This document shows positions 8,894-17,384 of a stretch of DNA of 64,000 bases, piece by piece. The translations under genes and the position numbers were made by a program. Within the stretch, counting starts at the first letter, position 1. Each line of letters opens with the position of its first letter. The notes under the pieces were generated by a model. That model had not been told where the DNA came from, ran no database searches, and saw only the letters and a program-made list of their open reading frames with translations. Source of the stretch: a virus; the IMG/VR virus record IMGVR_UViG_3300013120_000110, positions 1-64,000 of that record; one strand, 5' to 3'.

Positions 8894-9519
8894 GCATCGA
8901 AACCTGGAAATGCGAATACCTTCCAGTCCCCGCAGAAAAAGCTACCGGCTCCGCTTTAGAGGCAGCGCGACACTCACTCCAATGCTGGTTGGGGCGTGAT
9001 ATGGGCAGCCTAACACGGCACGAGTTGGTAAAGCGCCCGGGGTCTAAGGCTATCTATGAAAGAAATAACCCCATAAAGCTACTCAGCTTAGGACCCGATC
9101 AGTGTGCCTTGTGCCATTGGAGCGGGTTTGAGGGTGAGAACGGACGGGATTGCAGGAAATGTCCGTTATCCCAGGCGCGAGGGGGCGTACCTTGTGACTC
9201 CGATAACCACAACGAAATAGTCGAGAGAAACCCTTGGTGCGAGTGGCAAAACCACAACAACGCCGCACCAATGATAAGCTGGCTCAGGAGGGTGATCGTG
9301 AAACTACAGCAAGAGGACGAACACAAAAAAGCTGCGGCGGAAAAGAGTGAAAACTCATTCGTTCTCGACATTATTGCCGACCTACTCGCCCTGCATCATT
9401 GTTACCAATACGCCGACCTGGAACACGCCAAGCAGGCCCAAAAACTCATTGCAGAGAAAGTACAGGGCATAGTCGTCCTAACCGCGAAAAAACAAGCCCA
9501 AATCCCCTGGAAAGGATAG
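8890..9519 (+). CDS. family B paralogue 2 with helical C-terminal extension
   Basis: Same motifs as B1; ATGA overlap. Confidence 0.8.
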   Translation: MSIETWKCEYLPVPAEKATGSALEAARHSLQCWLGRDMGSLTRHELVKRPGSKAIYERNNPIKLLSLGPDQCALCHWSGFEGENGRDCRKCPLSQARGGVPCDSDNHNEIVERNPWCEWQNHNNAAPMISWLRRVIVKLQQEDEHKKAAAEKSENSFVLDIIADLLALHHCYQYADLEHAKQAQKLIAEKVQGIVVLTAKKQAQIPWKG

Positions 9520-9524
9520 GTAAA

Positions 9525-9950
9525 ATGAGAAAGCTCTGGTTCTGGCACGCCAACCATGACGTTCTGGCGGGCGAGTTTTACGAAGGCTTTTATTGTGCTC
9601 GCAGAGGAGAAATCGAGTGCATAAAACCCAAGCGCGAACACGAGTTGCGGTTCCGCTTGTTCAAGCCCATACAGGGCCCAATACCCCAATGCGTCCTAGA
9701 CGCCTGGGCGGAGTTTAATGAAAGCATGACCGCACAATGGGTCGCACAACGCCGGTTCCTTGACTCAAAGTGGTGGTTCTGGTCCGTATACCTATGCTGG
9801 CGTGCAAGCAGGGCCGATAAAATCAGAACCCAGAAGGGGAAACACTACGAGGCGCAGCTAAACGGGCCAGAAATGGCCGAACTTCACAGAAAAGAATGTC
9901 CCGATTGCCCTTGGAATGGAAGAACCATTTTTGTGGAGGATTGCCCATGA
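9525..9950 (+). CDS. family A paralogue 3
   Basis: WFWHANHD, LRFRLF, LHRKECPDCPWNG. Confidence 0.8.
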   Translation: MRKLWFWHANHDVLAGEFYEGFYCARRGEIECIKPKREHELRFRLFKPIQGPIPQCVLDAWAEFNESMTAQWVAQRRFLDSKWWFWSVYLCWRASRADKIRTQKGKHYEAQLNGPEMAELHRKECPDCPWNGRTIFVEDCP

Positions 9951-10606
9951 GTTTGCAAAGCTGGAAGAATCAGTTCTACCCAATCGACGCGAAAGAGGCA
10001 ACCAGCGATGCCTTAACCGCCGCGCAACACTCCCTGCAATGCTGGCGGGGACGGACCAAGGAGGCACTAGAGGGTCACGGGCTAGAGAAAGTCCACGACA
10101 AGGCCGTTATTCAAGAGCGCGGGAACCCAGCGCGAAGTCTCTTACTGGAATCAACGGAGTGTGCCCTGTGCCAACTTCAGATTACAAAAAGTGGGGGTTG
10201 TGCCAAGTGCAAACTATGTGAGATACGCAGTCATAATGGTTGCTCCACCAGGATGATAGGCGAAAAGATGAGCCCTTGGGAACAATGGAGGAAACAAGAC
10301 AACGCCCTCCCGATGTTAGGATGGTTGCATAGCGTAGTGGTTCAGTTGGAGTCCGAGAAAATGGCCCGGGTCGAGCGAGAACACGCCGCCAAGATCGAGG
10401 CCAAGATGAAGGAAGCGGATACGGGGTTCATGTTCCACGATGTTATTGTCAAGCTCCTAGAGCTTCACGCTATCACGAAGGCCAGCCCACCCGATGAACA
10501 AAAAGCTGTTTGGGTCGTACTCGCAATCAAGCACGAACTAGACCGGATATTCCAAGTGATTCACACAAAACACCAAGAAGCTAAGGGGGTAGAGGATGAT
10601 GGATAG
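9947..10606 (+). CDS. family B paralogue 3 with helical C-terminal extension
   Basis: MSLQSWK, HSLQCWRG, CALC; ATGA overlap with A3. Confidence 0.8.
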   Translation: MSLQSWKNQFYPIDAKEATSDALTAAQHSLQCWRGRTKEALEGHGLEKVHDKAVIQERGNPARSLLLESTECALCQLQITKSGGCAKCKLCEIRSHNGCSTRMIGEKMSPWEQWRKQDNALPMLGWLHSVVVQLESEKMARVEREHAAKIEAKMKEADTGFMFHDVIVKLLELHAITKASPPDEQKAVWVVLAIKHELDRIFQVIHTKHQEAKGVEDDG

Positions 10607-11018
10607 AAACGAAAACCTAGTCTGGTTCATGTTGCTGATGGCGGGGTCGATCCTTGCTGTACTATACTCCGCTCTTATCACAGTTATAAACCTGCCCCTT
10701 GAGGGCGTCGTAATCTTAGTTTCCCCGGCCCTGCTACTCATGGTGGGAGCCTTGATTGTGTTCGCCGCCCGCGTGCGACAAAAGCCAGACCCCCCCATGC
10801 TCCAAATCAGGGAACAAGAGTTTTTTGACGCCGATTCAGGGATACATTTCTATTTCGAGATCGAGCCTCAGTCCCAGAGCCCCTATCGGATCGCGCTCTA
10901 CTCTTACGGCAGGGTGAACCGGGAGGTACGATTTGGGGCCGATGGGGTTTTTTCGGGTGCTGGAGTATTTACACACTACCCCACGCCAACTTGGATGGGT
11001 GGGGATGAAGGGGGGTGA
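10596..11018 (+). CDS. membrane protein (2 TM)
   Basis: Two hydrophobic N-terminal segments. Confidence 0.7.
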   Translation: MMDRNENLVWFMLLMAGSILAVLYSALITVINLPLEGVVILVSPALLLMVGALIVFAARVRQKPDPPMLQIREQEFFDADSGIHFYFEIEPQSQSPYRIALYSYGRVNREVRFGADGVFSGAGVFTHYPTPTWMGGDEGG

Positions 11019-11133
11019 TGTGTAATGTGTATAACCTGCCAGCGTATGCGCGCGTTTGGGCACGATGATGAACGTCATCCGAAAGGTTGTACGTGACCAC
11101 GCCCGGCGGGAGCCGGGCAGAAAGGAAGAAAAC

Positions 11134-11340
11134 ATGAAGATAAACATAGGAAAAAAGTCCGTCAGCTACGAAGCGAAAGAGGTTACGATTACGCTTGAAA
11201 ACCAGGGGGACGAGTCTGCCTTTTACCATCTAGCCGGATGCTGGAACGCGCAAAGTTACTGTACCGATTCAGAGGCCGTGGGGAGTTTAGCCCGCCGACT
11301 TCTGGAGGCCATGAAAAAGGCTGACATGCACCCACAGTAG
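11134..11340 (+). CDS. hypothetical protein
   Basis: AAGGA RBS before ATG 11134. Confidence 0.6.
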   Translation: MKINIGKKSVSYEAKEVTITLENQGDESAFYHLAGCWNAQSYCTDSEAVGSLARRLLEAMKKADMHPQ

Positions 11341-11353
11341 AAAGGAAACTGTA

Positions 11354-11548
11354 ATGGTAACAGGCAAATCAATCCACCTGCATGATGGCGCGTACATCAC
11401 ACGCTTTGACCACGGTGAGTACGTGATAACTGCGAACCACCACGACCCTAAAGAGGCTACGGATAGGGTCTACATAGATGACGTAGCAGCGGAAAAGTTG
11501 GTCGAGTTCATTAAGGGGAAAATCGCGGGTCAACACGTAGAGTTGTAA
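11354..11548 (+). CDS. hypothetical protein
   Basis: AAGGA RBS. Confidence 0.65.
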   Translation: MVTGKSIHLHDGAYITRFDHGEYVITANHHDPKEATDRVYIDDVAAEKLVEFIKGKIAGQHVEL

Positions 11549-11551
11549 CCA

Positions 11552-11821
11552 ATGGAATGTAACTCATGTAAAAAAGAGGTAGATTCGGTAGTCTGCCTCT
11601 GTGAATCGTGCTACGACGGTACGCTCACGACCTGCACGAACCTATTATCCGCCCTCACGCTAGCCCAAGAGGTTGGACAATACTGGCGGAAGGACTGGTC
11701 GGGGTTCGATGGCCGCACCCTACGCGACCAAATGAGCGACCTCGGGGCAGTAGCGAGTGGGACCCTAAAACCGGAGCATTACCGGGAGAACTGGGGGCTA
11801 GATGAACCGGACGGGGATTGA
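11552..11821 (+). CDS. hypothetical protein with N-terminal Zn module
   Basis: MECxxC...SVVCLCESCYD shared with 13025 ORF. Confidence 0.65.
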   Translation: MECNSCKKEVDSVVCLCESCYDGTLTTCTNLLSALTLAQEVGQYWRKDWSGFDGRTLRDQMSDLGAVASGTLKPEHYRENWGLDEPDGD

Positions 11822-12551
11822 ATACGCAGACCTGACTTGGAACCCCATCACGGGTTGCACGAACCAGTTAGAGTGCCGTGAGCATTGCTGGGCTCGTAAG
11901 ATGGCGCTGCGCCTACGGGGGCGAAATGGCTACCCTGCCGATGATCCGTTCCGCCCGGCCTTCCATCCTGACCGCCTGATAGAACCGAGCCAACGCGCAA
12001 AACCCGCCCGGATTGCCACCTGTTTTATGGCGGATATGTTCTGTACTGGCGTACCAGCTTGGTGGATCGAGAGCGTTTGGGAAACAATGAGAGCGTGTCC
12101 CCACCATACGTTCCTTATATTAACAAAACAGCCCCAGCGGTTTACGAACAAGGAACTACTACTTGCCCTACCGGGTCTATTGCCGAACGTCTGGGTTGGC
12201 GTATCCTGTTGCAATCAGGCAACCGCCGACGAACGGATACCGTGGTTACTGAAATGCCCCGCTGCGATACACTGGTTGAGCCTTGAACCGATATTGGCCC
12301 CAATCAACATCGCGCCATTTATATCGGCTGGGATCGACTGGTGTGTTGTCGGCGGGGAAAGCGGCCACGGCGCTAAGCTAGTCCACGCTGACTGGGTGCG
12401 TACTATCCGCGACCAATGCCAACAGGCTCAAATACCATTCTTCTTTAAGCAATGGGGGGTAGGGATGGGGGGTGGGAGCGTAAAGGCTACGGGCCGGGTA
12501 CTAGATGGTCGAGAGTGGAGCGAAATGCCGAGGAGTTACAATGGAAGTTGA
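11802..12551 (+). CDS. DUF5131 (phage Gp37/Gp68) family protein
   Basis: TGIEYADLTWNPITGC...C..CWA, MADMF, LTK.P.R, SLEP, VVGGESG, PFFFKQWG. Confidence 0.9.
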   Translation: MNRTGIEYADLTWNPITGCTNQLECREHCWARKMALRLRGRNGYPADDPFRPAFHPDRLIEPSQRAKPARIATCFMADMFCTGVPAWWIESVWETMRACPHHTFLILTKQPQRFTNKELLLALPGLLPNVWVGVSCCNQATADERIPWLLKCPAAIHWLSLEPILAPINIAPFISAGIDWCVVGGESGHGAKLVHADWVRTIRDQCQQAQIPFFFKQWGVGMGGGSVKATGRVLDGREWSEMPRSYNGS

Positions 12552-12786
12552 CAAAGCATTACACCTAGCCCTGGATACTCAGGTTGCCCCTGACGCTCAC
12601 ACCCAGGCCGAGGTTAGCTACGTGCTAGCCAAAGAGGTCAAGCGGCTGCGGGCTGAACTTCAGGAATCAGAAGCATCCAATAACCATTTGCGGAAAAACG
12701 CGGCACGCCACATCGCCGGCGAACTTCGCAGAGTATGGGGCGAACCTTGGTGCGAACCCAAAGAAGCCGCCGAAGCAGGAGGGTGA
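12541..12786 (+). CDS. hypothetical mini-gene (ends EAAEAGG)
   Basis: GAGG RBS; EVKRLRAEL coiled motif. Confidence 0.65.
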   Translation: MEVDKALHLALDTQVAPDAHTQAEVSYVLAKEVKRLRAELQESEASNNHLRKNAARHIAGELRRVWGEPWCEPKEAAEAGG

Positions 12787-12789
12787 GTG

Positions 12790-13035
12790 ATGAAAGTACA
12801 ATATCCAACACGCTGCCGAATCCTCGATATTGATGGCCAACGCCTTGGGTCTTACTTGCGGGCTAGAACGCCAGCAGTCAGCAAGCCTCACATTGGCAAG
12901 ATCGGTACGGCAGAGAAACCGAACGGGGGAATTGTGAAAATCCGTTTGGACGATGGCAATGTCGTGATGGGCTGGGATTGTTGGTGGGAACCAGTTGACG
13001 AAGCCGCCGAGGCAGGAGGGAGTGATGGAGTGTAG
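12790..13035 (+). CDS. hypothetical mini-gene (ends EAAEAGGSDGV)
   Basis: Starts within junction repeat 1. Confidence 0.65.
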   Translation: MKVQYPTRCRILDIDGQRLGSYLRARTPAVSKPHIGKIGTAEKPNGGIVKIRLDDGNVVMGWDCWWEPVDEAAEAGGSDGV

Positions 13036-13240
13036 TAGATGCCCAATCGAAACGAATAGCGTTGTGTGTTTGTGCGAGTCTTGCTACGACAAACGCGAAG
13101 CCGAGGTCGAGAAGCTGCGGGCTGCGCTGGCCCACGTGTGTCTCGACAGCATAAATGCCCGCGTGATTGCTGATGCGGCACTTGGGAACTGTACCACCAG
13201 ACAGAAACATGGATATATCAAAGCCGCCGAGGGGAGGTGA
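13025..13240 (+). CDS. hypothetical mini-gene with N-terminal Zn module (ends KAAEGR)
   Basis: Starts within junction repeat 2. Confidence 0.65.
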   Translation: MECSRCPIETNSVVCLCESCYDKREAEVEKLRAALAHVCLDSINARVIADAALGNCTTRQKHGYIKAAEGR

Positions 13241-13243
13241 GTG

Positions 13244-13405
13244 ATGTATTGCAAAGCCTGTGGTGAGACGTTGTATCGAGCCATGATTTTTGCCTTGCTT
13301 ATTGATTATGGGGGAGCCAGAGGGCGCGACCCGAGCGAGTGCCCCGCAACGGCAGACCATGAACACGAATGGGTCGAATCTGAACAAGCCGCCGAGGGGG
13401 AGTGA
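13244..13405 (+). CDS. 53-aa Zn-binding mini-protein (not in ORF track; ends QAAEGE)
   Basis: MYCKACG...CP...HEH; starts and ends in junction repeats. Confidence 0.65.
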   Translation: MYCKACGETLYRAMIFALLIDYGGARGRDPSECPATADHEHEWVESEQAAEGE

Positions 13406-13776
13406 TGGAACCCACTAAAAGACCCTGGAAGGTCATGCGGATCAACGGTCAAATCGTAGTCGTACCGGATGGCGACGGGTTTTCCGATGAGGTTCCAATC
13501 TGCAAGATGCAGACCCCCTTCAACTGGCAGGGGGGGAATGTGTTCGGGGATGAAGCGGAAAAACTACAACTCGCTAACGCGAACTTGATTGTCGATGCGT
13601 GTAATAAGGAGGGAGTAATGAAGAAACTACCAGGGCGGGAAGCGGGGATACTGGTCATGCTGACCAAGGAGGAGTTAGAGATTATCAAGCGGGGGGCAGC
13701 GTTGGCGAAGTGTGACCTGGAGGTATGGGCTCGGGCCCGCCTACTGGAAGCTGCAAAGGAGTTGACCGATGGCTGA
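13405..13776 (+). CDS. hypothetical protein
   Basis: TKRPW...ANANLIV motif typical of phage accessory proteins. Confidence 0.65.
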   Translation: MEPTKRPWKVMRINGQIVVVPDGDGFSDEVPICKMQTPFNWQGGNVFGDEAEKLQLANANLIVDACNKEGVMKKLPGREAGILVMLTKEELEIIKRGAALAKCDLEVWARARLLEAAKELTDG

Positions 13777-13996
13777 ACAAACCAGAGCGGAGCATCTTGC
13801 TTGGTGCAAGCAACGTGCCCTTGAGTACGTTAAGATTGGTGACGCCAACCAGGCTTACGCCTCCATGGGCTCGGACCTTGGGAAACATCCTGAAACTGCC
13901 AACCATGCTGGCATAAAACTTGGCATGATGATGCTCATGGCGGGGCAGTTTGAGAACATGGCTGAAGTACGCAACTGGATCGAGGGGTTTAACTGA
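13769..13996 (+). CDS. phage hypothetical protein
   Basis: RAEHLAWCKQRALEY...SDLGKHPET...WIEGFN. Confidence 0.75.
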   Translation: MAEQTRAEHLAWCKQRALEYVKIGDANQAYASMGSDLGKHPETANHAGIKLGMMMLMAGQFENMAEVRNWIEGFN

Positions 13997-14015
13997 TTCC
14001 CAGGGAAAGTAACCA

Positions 14016-14207
14016 ATGGCTAACAAACACCTACAACTCGCCCCACACGAAACCAGCAATCCAAATCTTTGGTGGTACGAGGAACCGGCTGGGATTGTGA
14101 TAGTGCATGGTGGTCCAGGCCACGGACCCAAATCGGAACCAGTGATTCCCTGGCGCTCGATCCGGGCCGCTTTAAGGCGAAAGGATAAACCCAAGGAGAA
14201 AAAGTGA
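14016..14207 (+). CDS. hypothetical protein
   Basis: ORF in co-directional array. Confidence 0.6.
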   Translation: MANKHLQLAPHETSNPNLWWYEEPAGIVIVHGGPGHGPKSEPVIPWRSIRAALRRKDKPKEKK

Positions 14208-14413
14208 TGGGAACGGTACTTGACCGACGGTATACCGCCCGCGATAGTGATGCCGAGATTATCGGGGCAATTTTCAAGCTCTCAACAGATAAACTGTACC
14301 GAATAGTTATAAGCGATGAGTGCGATTGGTTACAAGAAAAAATGACTGAGATTGCGAGATTGACCCGAATACTGAAAAAGCGGAGTAAGAAAACCGCAAA
14401 GAGGAAGAAATGA
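14204..14413 (+). CDS. basic hypothetical protein
   Basis: AAGGAG RBS, overlap coupling. Confidence 0.55.
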   Translation: MMGTVLDRRYTARDSDAEIIGAIFKLSTDKLYRIVISDECDWLQEKMTEIARLTRILKKRSKKTAKRKK

Positions 14414-14796
14414 CAGGCTATTACTACTTGCATGAAAATGGCGACCTGATTTGGAAGGTCTACAGGCCCGAACAAGAACCAGGAGGATTTGTCCGTCGGG
14501 TGTGGCCCGTAGATACCTCTGACCGAAGCGATGCCTGGAAAATAATACTTGAATCGCTCGCCCTCGGGGCCAACATAGAGCGGGTGGAGGAGCTAGCAGA
14601 GAAGTGGGGGTGTGATGCTCGGGACTTTGTAGAATATATGCGGCGAAATGTAACACCTACCCAAGAGCAGTCTACGGGGGGGGCCTTGTTCCTCACCGAA
14701 ATAGTCGGCGTAGACGTAGATGAGTGGTGCGATTGGCTAGATGCAACGCCCAAAGGGGAAGAACCAAACTTTAGCCTTATGCCAACAGGAAAATGA
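14410..14796 (+). CDS. hypothetical protein
   Basis: YYYLHENGDLIWK motif; ATGA coupling. Confidence 0.7.
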   Translation: MTGYYYLHENGDLIWKVYRPEQEPGGFVRRVWPVDTSDRSDAWKIILESLALGANIERVEELAEKWGCDARDFVEYMRRNVTPTQEQSTGGALFLTEIVGVDVDEWCDWLDATPKGEEPNFSLMPTGK

Positions 14797-14993
14797 AAGG
14801 ACATGAAATGATTAAAGGCATAGCCCTCCTGGTACTCGCCTGCGCAGCGGCGGGCACCTACTTCACGATCACTAGGGAGGCGCCCACGGGCTCAACCGCA
14901 ATGTGGGCCCTGGGGCTGCTTGCCGCTAGTGTTTTGCTGGCCTTCACTGGGCTGGACAACATATTCCACCCCCCCACCGGGCGGGGTAAATAA
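14793..14993 (+). CDS. small membrane protein (2 TM)
   Basis: Two hydrophobic segments. Confidence 0.6.
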   Translation: MKGHEMIKGIALLVLACAAAGTYFTITREAPTGSTAMWALGLLAASVLLAFTGLDNIFHPPTGRGK

Positions 14994-15007
14994 CCTAGTT
15001 TTTCCCC

Positions 15008-15036
15008 TTGACAATGCTAGCACAGTTGGGTATACT
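15008..15036 (+). promoter_or_regulatory. sigma70-type promoter
   Basis: TTGACA, 17 bp, TATACT; followed by GTCTGACAT. Confidence 0.85.
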
Positions 15037-15068
15037 ACATAGTCTGACATCGTGAAAGGAGGTTAGTC

Positions 15069-15332
15069 ATGGGAAGGCCGTTTAAGAATGAGTTCCGCTA
15101 CACGTACCAGGACATCGCTGACTTCTGCGGTATTGCCTATAACACCGTGGAACAGGGTGTGTCTCGGAAAGAGTTCAACCCCGTCTCGTTTGGCAGCATG
15201 ATCGCCTGGGCGGCGCGGAAGATGAGGAATGACCATAAACACCTTGCCCTCATCATGTATGGCTGTGGGCGGGGAGAGGCGGTGAACAACCCGTTCCTGA
15301 AGCCACGGAAGCGGCGAGTCAAGTCAAAGTAG
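15069..15332 (+). CDS. putative HTH DNA-binding regulator
   Basis: YTYQDIADFCGIAYNTV HTH pattern; own promoter; AAGGAGG RBS. Confidence 0.65.
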   Translation: MGRPFKNEFRYTYQDIADFCGIAYNTVEQGVSRKEFNPVSFGSMIAWAARKMRNDHKHLALIMYGCGRGEAVNNPFLKPRKRRVKSK

Positions 15333-15581
15333 AGGTGGGAGCCTTCTTCTCCGCTCCTGGGCATACCTATCTGCCAGCCGGGCCCGGTGCTCCACCTTCA
15401 TGTGGAGTAGGCTGCATAAGCCATCCCTTACCGCCTCAAGGGCCCAATTCGGCCAATGGGCAAAAATCTCCTCTATTTCCCGGCTGTCGTTTTTTGCTGT
15501 GGCAGAGGTCAAAACCACCGTATCCAGGGCTGTTGGAAGCTCTGGACAGGGCACAGACACGCTTATTCTAGGCGTCCGCAT
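15324..15581 (-). CDS. hypothetical protein
   Basis: Last ORF of the - strand block; converges on 15069 ORF. Confidence 0.45.
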   Translation of the reverse strand: MRTPRISVSVPCPELPTALDTVVLTSATAKNDSREIEEIFAHWPNWALEAVRDGLCSLLHMKVEHRARLADRYAQERRRRLPPLL

Positions 15582-15645
15582 CAGTCGTCCTCCTTGGGTG
15601 AACAGATGACTCCCAATATAGCCTTCCTGAGCCCCATTGTCAACC

Positions 15646-16032
15646 TCACTTCCTCTCTATGGACCTTTTCTCAGCGTATGCCACAATAGGACTATGTTCC
15701 CCCCGCTTCGCATATCGCTCAAGCGCTTTAAGTACCGCAGTTTGATTATACCGCTTCTGTTTCATTCCTATTGGGATGTACGGGATGAGGTTGCCCTTGG
15801 TCCATTGTTGGATCGTATGCACACCAATTTGCAGGGACTCGGATAGCTCCTTGGTGGTCAGCAACCCCGATCTCTGCTCGGCGGCATGATCCAGGGCTTG
15901 GTACATCCGTTCCTCGGCTATCTTTATCTGGGCCCGGAGTTCCCCAAGCTCTGCCAGGGCCTCATCGAAGCGCACCCAATCCCCGGCCACATCCACGTAG
16001 AGCTTGCCAAAACGCAGTATGTATCTAACCAT
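15646..16032 (-). CDS. excisionase-like (HTH_17/MerR-type) DNA-binding protein
   Basis: LLTTKELSESLQIGVHTIQQWTKGNLIPYI...RY. Confidence 0.75.
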   Translation of the reverse strand: MVRYILRFGKLYVDVAGDWVRFDEALAELGELRAQIKIAEERMYQALDHAAEQRSGLLTTKELSESLQIGVHTIQQWTKGNLIPYIPIGMKQKRYNQTAVLKALERYAKRGEHSPIVAYAEKRSIERK

Positions 16033-16036
16033 CGTG

Positions 16037-16723
16037 TTACTTCACCCATTTTTGCATGTTTCGTCGCCAATCGAGCATAGGCTGGCCCGGCTGGTGTGGC
16101 TCAATCGCAGGACAGAACGGATATAGGTCTGGCACGTTGTCACGCTCGACAAGGTGGGCATAGGTACTGGTAGTGTTCAGCGATTTGTGGCCCACCGCAG
16201 CCATGACCTCAACCAAAGATCGGCCAACAGCTATCGCGTGAGAACAAAAGGAGTGGCGCCCGCAATGGATGGAAAGCTGGGACACCCGCTCTGGGCCCAG
16301 GCACTTGATCGCCACTTTCCACCGCTTCGCCAATGCACGACGATTCAACCGCTGCCCCAGCTTGCGCCGCGACATGCCGCACATCAGCGGATCAAGTGGG
16401 CTGGCCCCGTGATCGACACGATAGGCGCCCCAGTCTCGAAGGTCATACAAAGTCCCCGTATCCCACCACAAGGGCACTATCCTAGACCTCCGAACTGGCC
16501 CCTTGGTAATCACCGCCCGCACTTTGATATGAGGGCGTTCAGAAAGAATCTTCAGGTCCGCCACGTTCAGGCCACTAATCTCAGATACGCGGAGCCCACA
16601 ACAACAAGAGAAGCGGAAGATGGCTAGTGCCTGGAAAGCCCAATCAGACCCTCTCCGCTTCATTTGCAGGTCATCTAGGATGGCCTTGATCTCTCGGCGG
16701 GTTAAGATTTTTGTAATGTCCAT
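16037..16723 (-). CDS. tyrosine recombinase, catalytic domain only
   Basis: GLRVSEI (R), TKG (K), HCGRHSF (HxxR), GH, TSTYAH (Y). Confidence 0.92.
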   Translation of the reverse strand: MDITKILTRREIKAILDDLQMKRRGSDWAFQALAIFRFSCCCGLRVSEISGLNVADLKILSERPHIKVRAVITKGPVRRSRIVPLWWDTGTLYDLRDWGAYRVDHGASPLDPLMCGMSRRKLGQRLNRRALAKRWKVAIKCLGPERVSQLSIHCGRHSFCSHAIAVGRSLVEVMAAVGHKSLNTTSTYAHLVERDNVPDLYPFCPAIEPHQPGQPMLDWRRNMQKWVK

Positions 16724-16818
16724 AATGAAATGTCTGGTTGCCCTTCTTTCCCACCCCGGGGTGGTTAGTTGTCGCTACACCAGTAGGTCACGACTCCGGT
16801 TCTACGTCCGGCAACAAG

Positions 16819-17217
16819 TTACATCCATTGATCGACCTCAGCTTGCGTGATCCGGCTAGGAGCCCGGGGATTCACTAAGTTGTTGTAAGCAACTAGATCA
16901 TAGTCCCCCAGGCTCTTAGCCCTCAGCACCGCCAGTTGGCGAGCTTCCGGCCACATTGCCCGATCCGTCACCCGGTACTGGTTGCAGTATGCGCATAGTA
17001 CCAAACAGGCGTAGGGCTTGTCCAGAGCAATCTCCCGTAGCGGGCCCGACGCAATCTCATGCACACACAACACCGAGCAGTCGCTAGGTTTCGATCTCCA
17101 TGGCTGTCTCGGGCTGTGGCCGCATATTTGACACGCCCCGGCCTTCGCTATGAGAGCCCTCCGGCCTGGGCGCACCAGTTCCATCCTCTTTCGCCTTTTG
17201 GGCGACACCCGCCGCAC
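16819..17217 (-). CDS. HNH-like Zn-finger protein
   Basis: CQIC...VHEI...LCAYCN. Confidence 0.55.
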   Translation of the reverse strand: MRRVSPKRRKRMELVRPGRRALIAKAGACQICGHSPRQPWRSKPSDCSVLCVHEIASGPLREIALDKPYACLVLCAYCNQYRVTDRAMWPEARQLAVLRAKSLGDYDLVAYNNLVNPRAPSRITQAEVDQWM

Positions 17218-17374
17218 GCTCTGGAACCTCTATCTCCTGAATGAACGCATCTCTATACCCCAGCCCAATGGCCGTTTGCCTTAGTTTCTTCGCGCTATCT
17301 AAAGCTGGCACACAAGCGTAGGTTTGGTCTTTCAGCCGCCCATACTGGATGACCACACGATATTTCGTAACCAT
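17084..17374 (-). CDS. hypothetical protein
   Basis: Start after GAAGAGGGG; overlaps next ORF. Confidence 0.45.
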   Translation of the reverse strand: MVTKYRVVIQYGRLKDQTYACVPALDSAKKLRQTAIGLGYRDAFIQEIEVPERAAGVAQKAKEDGTGAPRPEGSHSEGRGVSNMRPQPETAMEIET

Positions 17375-17384
17375 CGCCCCCTCT

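Larger units (their letters stand above)
12763..13407 (+). repeat. four dispersed gene-junction repeats AAGCCGCCGA...GG(A)G..GAGTGATG
   Basis: Copies at about 12763-12792, 13000-13027, 13221-13246 and 13386-13407. Confidence 0.85.

Noticed and set aside
12763-13407. CRISPR array
   Set aside because: Repeats are degenerate, spacing is about 160-240 bp, the intervening DNA is protein-coding, and no cas genes are seen.
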